12,264 nt of DNA from a virus, in UHGV virus genome UHGV-0079336, one strand, 5' to 3'. The notes under the pieces are model-generated. The model was given only the letters and a program-made list of their open reading frames with translations. It did not search any database and had not been told where the DNA came from. Positions 7,369-12,264 of this stretch are shown piece after piece (position 1 is the first letter of the stretch; each line of letters opens with the position of its first letter). The translations under genes were made by a program, and so were the position numbers.

Positions 7369-7394
7369 GCCAGCTACATGCTGGCTTTTTTATT
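7369..7394 (+). terminator. intrinsic terminator (tR'-like) ending a ~180-nt leader
   Basis: GCCAGC-TACAT-GCTGGC hairpin followed by T6 (7386-7391). Confidence 0.65.
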
Positions 7395-7508
7395 CCAGGC
7401 TTGCGGGGAGCATCAACTCCGTGCTTTGTCGTTAAATTACCCCGTGAGCCTGATTTCTGACATTTAACGTCCCGGCCTTTTGTCGGCGGCGAAACATTGG
7501 CTATTCAT

Positions 7509-7814
7509 ATGCACGAAAAAGAGAGCCTTGCCGGAGCGTTCTGGCTCGTTTTGCTGATCATCGCAGGTTGGGGCGGTCTGGTCCGCTACCTGATAGATGT
7601 GAAGCAGAGTAAAGCAACGTGGAGTTGGATAAATGCTCTGGCTCAGATAGTGGTATCAGGATTCACCGGTGTTATTGGTGGCCTGATCAGCATCGAAAGT
7701 GGATTCAGTATTTACATGATTCTCGCGACAGCGGGGATTAGTGGTGCGATGGGTTCGGTTGCACTGACGTACTTCTGGGAACGACTGACAGGGGTGAAAA
7801 ATGCAAAATCTTAA
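7509..7814 (+). CDS. holin (three predicted transmembrane segments)
   Basis: Three hydrophobic stretches (FWLVLLIIAGWGGLV, WINALAQIVVSGFTGVIGGLI, IYMILATAGISGAMGSVALTYF). Directly upstream of the endolysin with overlapping stop/start. Alternative TTG start at 7497. Confidence 0.75.
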   Translation: MHEKESLAGAFWLVLLIIAGWGGLVRYLIDVKQSKATWSWINALAQIVVSGFTGVIGGLISIESGFSIYMILATAGISGAMGSVALTYFWERLTGVKNAKS

Positions 7815-8277
7815 TCCTCAGCGTAAGGCTTTCCTCGATATGGTGGCATGGTCAGAAGGAACGGATAACGGGCGACAACCGACACGTAATCACGGTTATG
7901 ATGTTATTGTTGGCGGCGAACTGTTTACTGATTACTCTGATCACCCTCGCAAACTTGTCACGTTAAACCCCAAACTCAAATCAACAGCCGCCGGACGTTA
8001 TCAGCTTCTTTCACGCTGGTGGGATGCTTACCGTAAACAGCTTGGTTTGAAAGACTTCTCCCCCAAAAGCCAGGACGCAGTGGCATTGCAGCAGATTAAA
8101 GAGCGTGGCGCTTTACCGATGATTGATCGCGGTGATATCCGTCAGGCTATCGATCGTTGCAGCAATATCTGGGCGTCGTTACCTGGTGCAGGTTACGGTC
8201 AGTATGAACATAAAATCGGTGACCTGATTTCCCGGTTTAAAGAGGTTGGCGGGGTGGTAAATGAAGTTGAGCTATAA
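7801..8277 (+). CDS. R: endolysin, lambda R-like lytic transglycosylase (158 aa)
   Basis: Translation MQNLNPQRKAFLDMVAWSEGTDNGRQPTRNHGYDVIVGGELFTDYSDHPRKLV… is near-identical to lambda R over most of its length, as recalled. Confidence 0.93.
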   Translation: MQNLNPQRKAFLDMVAWSEGTDNGRQPTRNHGYDVIVGGELFTDYSDHPRKLVTLNPKLKSTAAGRYQLLSRWWDAYRKQLGLKDFSPKSQDAVALQQIKERGALPMIDRGDIRQAIDRCSNIWASLPGAGYGQYEHKIGDLISRFKEVGGVVNEVEL

Positions 8278-8722
8278 GCTAGTTATCGCTGCTTTCTTCG
8301 TTACTATTATTGGTTCTTTCATCTGGTCAGCGAATCATTACCACAATCAAGCCATTGAATACAAAAAGCAGCGCGACGAAAACGCTATGGCATTACATTC
8401 GGCTATGGCGACGATCTCTGATATGCAGAAGCGTCAACGTGACGTAGCTGAACTTGACGCCAGATACACAAAGGAGCTTGCTGATGCTAACACGACTCTC
8501 GAAAGTCTCCGTACTGATGTCTCTGCTGGTCGTAAGCGCTTGCAAATCGCCGCCACCTGTGCAAAGTCAACGACCGGAGCCAGCGGCATGGGCTATGGAG
8601 AAAGTCCAAGACTTACAGCTGATGCTGAACTCAATTATTACCGCCTCCGAAGTGGGATCGACAAGATAACTGCACAGGTTAACTACTTGCAGGAGTACAT
8701 CAAGACACAGTGCCAGAAATGA
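8261..8722 (+). CDS. Rz: Rz i-spanin (153 aa)
   Basis: N-terminal TM segment, then …NHYHNQAIEYKKQRDENA…MQKRQRDVAELDARYTKELADA…, resembling lambda Rz. Overlaps the R stop. Confidence 0.9.
   Translation: MKLSYKLVIAAFFVTIIGSFIWSANHYHNQAIEYKKQRDENAMALHSAMATISDMQKRQRDVAELDARYTKELADANTTLESLRTDVSAGRKRLQIAATCAKSTTGASGMGYGESPRLTADAELNYYRLRSGIDKITAQVNYLQEYIKTQCQK
8484..8669 (+). CDS. Rz1: Rz1 o-spanin lipoprotein, embedded in Rz in the +1 frame
   Basis: ATG 8484 with AAGGAG at 8471-8476. Lipoprotein-like signal …LLVVSAC followed by a Pro-rich segment (KSPPPVQSQRPEPAAW). The tracked ORF begins at 8454, but the RBS supports 8484. Confidence 0.8.
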   Translation: MLTRLSKVSVLMSLLVVSACKSPPPVQSQRPEPAAWAMEKVQDLQLMLNSIITASEVGSTR

Positions 8723-8730
8723 ATCTATAG

Positions 8731-8758
8731 ATGACACTCCACGTTCGTATAAGATAAT
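8731..8758 (+). promoter_or_regulatory. candidate sigma70 promoter for the moron gene
   Basis: ATGACA (8731-8736), 16-bp spacer, GATAAT (8753-8758), about 37 nt upstream of ATG 8795. Confidence 0.4.
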
Positions 8759-8794
8759 GCTAAATTACTATTAGCTTAATCACAGGAGACGGAC

Positions 8795-9658
8795 ATGGAA
8801 AGAGGTGTGGTATTTAGTGCATGCGAATTACTTAAAACCGAGGATGGAAAAGGCATCCGTACAGGTAAATGGATTAGTCAATTAGAAATAAACTATCTAT
8901 GTCTTTATTGGGATAAACTAGTTTCACCCACTAATAATATTATACATACAGCATTAAATAACGAGGATGAATTAGAAAAATGTGGATTGCTAACCAGACC
9001 TGTATATAGACATCATGGTTGTTTTGATGGCCAATATATGGCTGATTTTTATGCTGAAACTCATGCCAAAACAATAGATATACTTAGGCATGCGGATTCT
9101 TCTGTCGATTGGCGCATGCATTTTTTAAGTGACCAAATAAACTTGGTGCCTGAATTATCTAGAACCTCAGAAGTGATACGTTTTGAGCTAGCAAATTTAT
9201 TACCCGTTCCCACAGAAGATGTGCACCTACATGATATTCTTGATTTCAAGGAAAGAAGAAAACCTGAATTAATCGCTTTACATGAATATCTTGATGAGCT
9301 TTACTTGGAAATAAAACGTTCTGGTGATATCAATCTTCAGAAAGCAAAAGCTCTTTCTAATCTTAAACAAGCAATAAAGGATATTGAACGCTTAAATTGT
9401 GAAGTGTGGAAAAGTCCAATAAAATTTAGCATCTCCACTTCCTTTGAGTTCGATTTTTCACAAATATTTAGTCTGGCGGGAACTGTTTTATCTATGTCAG
9501 TAGATTATCCTTATAATGTTATTGGAGGGGTAAGTAGTTTTGCTTATTTTTTGGGAGGATGCATAAAAATAAAGCCACAATTTCAACAAGTGTTATCATT
9601 AGGTAATGATAAATTAGTTTACATAAGCAAAGGAAAATCGGAGGGTATTATTTCCTGA
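8795..9658 (+). CDS. hypothetical moron protein (287 aa), AT-rich cargo between Rz and HNH/terminase
   Basis: Strong RBS AGGAGA at 8784-8789. Long ORF in an AT-rich island with its own promoter-like hexamers. No P-loop or other motif recognised. Confidence 0.7.
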   Translation: MERGVVFSACELLKTEDGKGIRTGKWISQLEINYLCLYWDKLVSPTNNIIHTALNNEDELEKCGLLTRPVYRHHGCFDGQYMADFYAETHAKTIDILRHADSSVDWRMHFLSDQINLVPELSRTSEVIRFELANLLPVPTEDVHLHDILDFKERRKPELIALHEYLDELYLEIKRSGDINLQKAKALSNLKQAIKDIERLNCEVWKSPIKFSISTSFEFDFSQIFSLAGTVLSMSVDYPYNVIGGVSSFAYFLGGCIKIKPQFQQVLSLGNDKLVYISKGKSEGIIS

Positions 9659-9734
9659 TTTTTGATTCTCATAATCAATGAATGTTTTTTGTGAATATAC
9701 TTATTTTAACCCTATAAATAATCAAGGTAATAAA

Positions 9735-10085
9735 GTGCCTCCTCGTATCCCGAAAGCCTGCCGTGCTCGAGGTTGCCGTAATACCACCACAGACCCGTCA
9801 GGCTACTGCGAAAGCCACAAAAGCGAAGGCTGGAAGCAATACAAGCCAGGCCAGTCCCGACACCAGCGCGGTTATGGTGCGAAATGGGATGTTATCCGTG
9901 AACGTGTGCTCAAGCGTGACAAAGGCCTGTGTCAGTTGTGTTTGCGTGCCGGTGTGGTGCGCGAGGCGAAAACCGTTGACCACATCATCCCTAAAGCACA
10001 TGGCGGCACTGATGCCGACAGTAATCTGCAGAGTCTGTGCTGGCCGTGTCATAAGGCGAAGACGGCCCGTGAACGGTTAAAGTGA
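9735..10085 (+). CDS. HNH endonuclease (terminase-associated, HK97 gp74-like)
   Basis: GTG 9735 with AAGG at 9724-9727, where composition switches from AT-rich to GC-rich; the tracked ATG at 9678 is probably an overextension. Cys/His motif: CRARGC…CESH…DHIIPKAHGGTD…NLQSLCWPCHKAK. Confidence 0.85.
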   Translation: MPPRIPKACRARGCRNTTTDPSGYCESHKSEGWKQYKPGQSRHQRGYGAKWDVIRERVLKRDKGLCQLCLRAGVVREAKTVDHIIPKAHGGTDADSNLQSLCWPCHKAKTARERLK

Positions 10086-10112
10086 TAATAATTCTCAACT
10101 GTCTGTGGGGGA

Positions 10113-10172
10113 GGGGCGGGTCAAATCCCTGTGACCTGACGTCTTCCGGACTGCCCGCCCCATCGTTTTTTT
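10113..10172 (+). terminator. GC-rich hairpin plus T7 between HNH and terS (terminator and/or part of the cos packaging region)
   Basis: GGGGCGGG (10113-10120) pairs with CCCGCCCC (10154-10161) across a 33-nt loop; T7 at 10166-10172. The position matches where cos lies in HK97-like phages. Confidence 0.35.
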
Positions 10173-10211
10173 ATACCCGCGAAAAATGAAATTTAACCAG
10201 GAGTGCCGCAT

Positions 10212-10706
10212 ATGGCTGGAACGGCGGGGCGTTCCGGGCGTCGCCCCAAGCCAACGGCGCGCAAGGCGCTGGCCGGAAACCCCGGCAAGCGAGCCCTGAA
10301 CAAAGATGAACCTGTTTTTACGCCCATCAAAGGTGTTGAGCCACCGGAGTGGTTCGCAGAAGAAGATCTCCCTCTCGCCACGATCATGTGGCAACTGACA
10401 ACCAAAGAACTCTGCGGTCAGGGCCTGCTGTGCGTGACTGACCTGGCGGTACTTGAGCGGTGGTGCGTGGCCTATGAGTTCTGGCGACGTGCCGTGAAAA
10501 ATATTGCCAGCCAGGGCAACACCATCACCGGTGCAATGGGCGGCAGGGTCAAAAACCCGGAGCTGACCGCCAAGAAAGAACAGGAGTCCGAGATGAGCAG
10601 CACGGGGGCAATGCTCGGACTCGACCCCAGCAGCCGCCAGCGTCTGATAGGCCTGGCGGGGCAGAAGAAAGCCACTAACCCGTTTCTGAAAATCATCGAA
10701 TCATGA
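10212..10706 (+). CDS. terS: terminase small subunit (P27/HK97 gp1 family)
   Basis: ATG 10212 with AGGAG at 10198-10202; the tracked GTG at 10203 has no spacer. N-terminus [34 protein letters not shown] is typical of P27-family small terminases. Confidence 0.85.
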   Translation: MAGTAGRSGRRPKPTARKALAGNPGKRALNKDEPVFTPIKGVEPPEWFAEEDLPLATIMWQLTTKELCGQGLLCVTDLAVLERWCVAYEFWRRAVKNIASQGNTITGAMGGRVKNPELTAKKEQESEMSSTGAMLGLDPSSRQRLIGLAGQKKATNPFLKIIES

Positions 10707-12264
10707 GCCGGAAATCTTACCCCAACGTAAATGCTGCCAATCAGTATGCCCGTGATGTCGTGCGGGGAAAGATTGTGGCCTGCCAGTTTGTGATTCAGGC
10801 CTGCCAGCGCCATCTTGATGACCTGATGGCGGAAAAAAGTAAGTCGTTTCGTTACCGCTTCGACAAGGACCTGGCTGAACGGGCCGCCAAATTTATTCAA
10901 CTGTTGCCGCACACCAAGGGTGAGTGGGCATTTAAGAGGATGCCCATCACGCTGGAGCCGTGGCAGCTCTTTGTGATCTGCTGCGCGTTTGGCTGGGTCA
11001 ATAAAGGCTCCCGGCTGCGCCGCTTCCGTGAGGTGTATACCGAAATCCCCCGTAAGAACGGCAAATCGGCAATCTCTGCCGGTGTCGCCCTGTATTGTTT
11101 TGCCTGTGATAACGAGTTTGGCGCGGAAGTGTATTCCGGTGCCACGACAGAGAAACAGGCGTGGGAAGTCTTTCGCCCGGCGCGACTGATGTGTAAACGC
11201 ACACCCATGCTGACGGAAGCGTTCGGGATTGAGGTTAACGCCTCAAACATGAACCGTCCGGAGGATGGCGCGCGGTTTGAACCGCTGATCGGTAACCCCG
11301 GTGATGGATCATCACCCCACTGTGCGGTGGTGGATGAATATCACGAGCACGCCACCGATGCGCTTTACACCACGATGCTTACCGGGATGGGGGCGCGACG
11401 TCAGCCACTGATGTGGGCCATTACTACTGCCGGGTACAACATTGAGGGGCCGTGCTACGACAAACGGCGGGAAGTTATCGAGATGCTCAACGGTTCGGTA
11501 CCCAACGATGAACTGTTCGGGATCATCTATACCGTTGACGAAGGTGACGACTGGACCAACCCACAGGTGCTGGAAAAAGCCAACCCGAATATCGGGGTGT
11601 CGGTTTACCGTGAGTTTTTGTTAAGTCAGCAACAGCGTGCGAAAAATAACGCCCGTCTGGCAAACGTCTTTAAAACAAAACACCTCAATATCTGGGTGTC
11701 GGCGCGTTCGGCGTATTTCAACCTGGTGAGCTGGCAGAGCTGCGAGGATAAATCACTGACTCTTGAGCAATTCGAGGGGCAGCCGTGCATTCTGGCCTTT
11801 GACCTGGCGCGTAAACTGGATATGAACAGCATGGCGCGACTTTATACCCGCGAGATTGACGGTAAAACGCATTACTACAGTGTGGCCCCGCGTTTCTGGG
11901 TACCGTATGACACGGTGTACAGCGTCGAGAAAAATGAAGATCGACGGACAGCCGAACGCTTTCAGAAATGGGTGGAAATGGGCGTTCTGACCGTTACCGA
12001 TGGTGCGGAAGTGGATTATCGCTACATCCTCGAGGAGGCCAAAGCGGCGAACAAAATCAGCCCGGTCAGTGAGTCACCCATCGACCCCTTCGGGGCGACC
12101 GGGCTGTCACATGACCTTGCTGATGAAGACCTGAATCCCATCACTATCATTCAGAACTACACCAACATGTCCGACCCGATGAAAGAGCTGGAAGCGGCAA
12201 TTGAATCGGGGCGCTTTCATCATGATGGCAATCCCATCATGACCTGGTGTATCGGCAACGTGGT
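10703..12264 (+). CDS. terL: terminase large subunit, 5' partial (runs off the window end)
   Basis: Absent from the ORF track because it has no stop in the window. ATG 10703 overlaps the terS stop (ATGA). Continuous 520-codon frame to 12264 with Walker A-like EIPRKNGKS and acidic motifs (VVDEYHE). Confidence 0.9.
   Translation, partial: MSRKSYPNVNAANQYARDVVRGKIVACQFVIQACQRHLDDLMAEKSKSFRYRFDKDLAERAAKFIQLLPHTKGEWAFKRMPITLEPWQLFVICCAFGWVNKGSRLRRFREVYTEIPRKNGKSAISAGVALYCFACDNEFGAEVYSGATTEKQAWEVFRPARLMCKRTPMLTEAFGIEVNASNMNRPEDGARFEPLIGNPGDGSSPHCAVVDEYHEHATDALYTTMLTGMGARRQPLMWAITTAGYNIEGPCYDKRREVIEMLNGSVPNDELFGIIYTVDEGDDWTNPQVLEKANPNIGVSVYREFLLSQQQRAKNNARLANVFKTKHLNIWVSARSAYFNLVSWQSCEDKSLTLEQFEGQPCILAFDLARKLDMNSMARLYTREIDGKTHYYSVAPRFWVPYDTVYSVEKNEDRRTAERFQKWVEMGVLTVTDGAEVDYRYILEEAKAANKISPVSESPIDPFGATGLSHDLADEDLNPITIIQNYTNMSDPMKELEAAIESGRFHHDGNPIMTWCIGNV

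Noticed and set aside
7200-7496. tRNA genes between the Q-like gene and the holin, as in some Stx-type lambdoid phages
   Set aside because: I could not find a cloverleaf-compatible segment (no acceptor stem with matching T-arm motif). The region is better explained by promoter, leader hairpin and terminator.
9678-9734. N-terminal 19 codons of the tracked HNH ORF (MNVFCEYTYFNPINNQGNK)
   Set aside because: This stretch lies in the AT-rich moron tail with no SD, whereas GTG 9735 has AAGG at proper spacing and coincides with the composition switch. Treated as ORF overextension.
9763-11624. Plus-strand alternative-frame ORFs 9763-10080, 10989-11189 and 11442-11624
   Set aside because: Out-of-frame overlaps within the HNH and large terminase genes; Arg/Pro-rich translations typical of off-frame GC-rich coding DNA.
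1791-11832. All minus-strand ORFs in the track (e.g. 1791-2051, 2589-2798, 3471-3680, 5124-5912 cluster, 6221-6538, 9061-9249, 9798-10052, 10095-10405, 10472-11250, 11626-11832)
   Set aside because: Each lies antisense inside a well-supported plus-strand gene or structured element, has no RBS I could find, and none resembles a known protein. They look like chance ORFs from GC-rich antisense frames.
1-12264. Insertion sequences, transposases, integrase or att sites
   Set aside because: No transposase- or integrase-like translation and no terminal inverted repeats were found. Cargo boundaries look like recombinational mosaic joints rather than transposon ends.

Overview
The window reads as a mosaic lambdoid prophage segment (DLP12/HK97-like, probably from an Escherichia-type enterobacterium), with every credible gene on the + strand. 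The order is: AT-rich cargo (small ORF, frameshifted NACHT NTPase), a Bro-N antirepressor-like gene with two small ORFs, a second AT-rich cargo ORF with an HEPN-like motif, then the nin region (ninB/ybcN, ninE, ybcO, rusA, ylcG), a Q-like gene, a late promoter with a short leader and terminator, the lysis cassette (holin, lambda R-like endolysin, Rz with embedded Rz1), a third AT-rich cargo gene (moron, 287 aa), an HNH endonuclease, and the small and large terminase subunits (large one truncated by the window end). The backbone looks about 50% GC by eye and the three cargo islands about 30-37%. The three most interesting items are: (1) a NACHT/STAND NTPase gene broken by a +1 frameshift in a T8 run; (2) two copies of a ~115-bp multi-hairpin element with compensatory base changes, each seemingly with its own promoter; (3) two uncharacterised cargo genes at classic prophage hotspots. 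All family assignments are from reading the translations and recalling known proteins, not from a database search; no alignments or HMM scores were computed.
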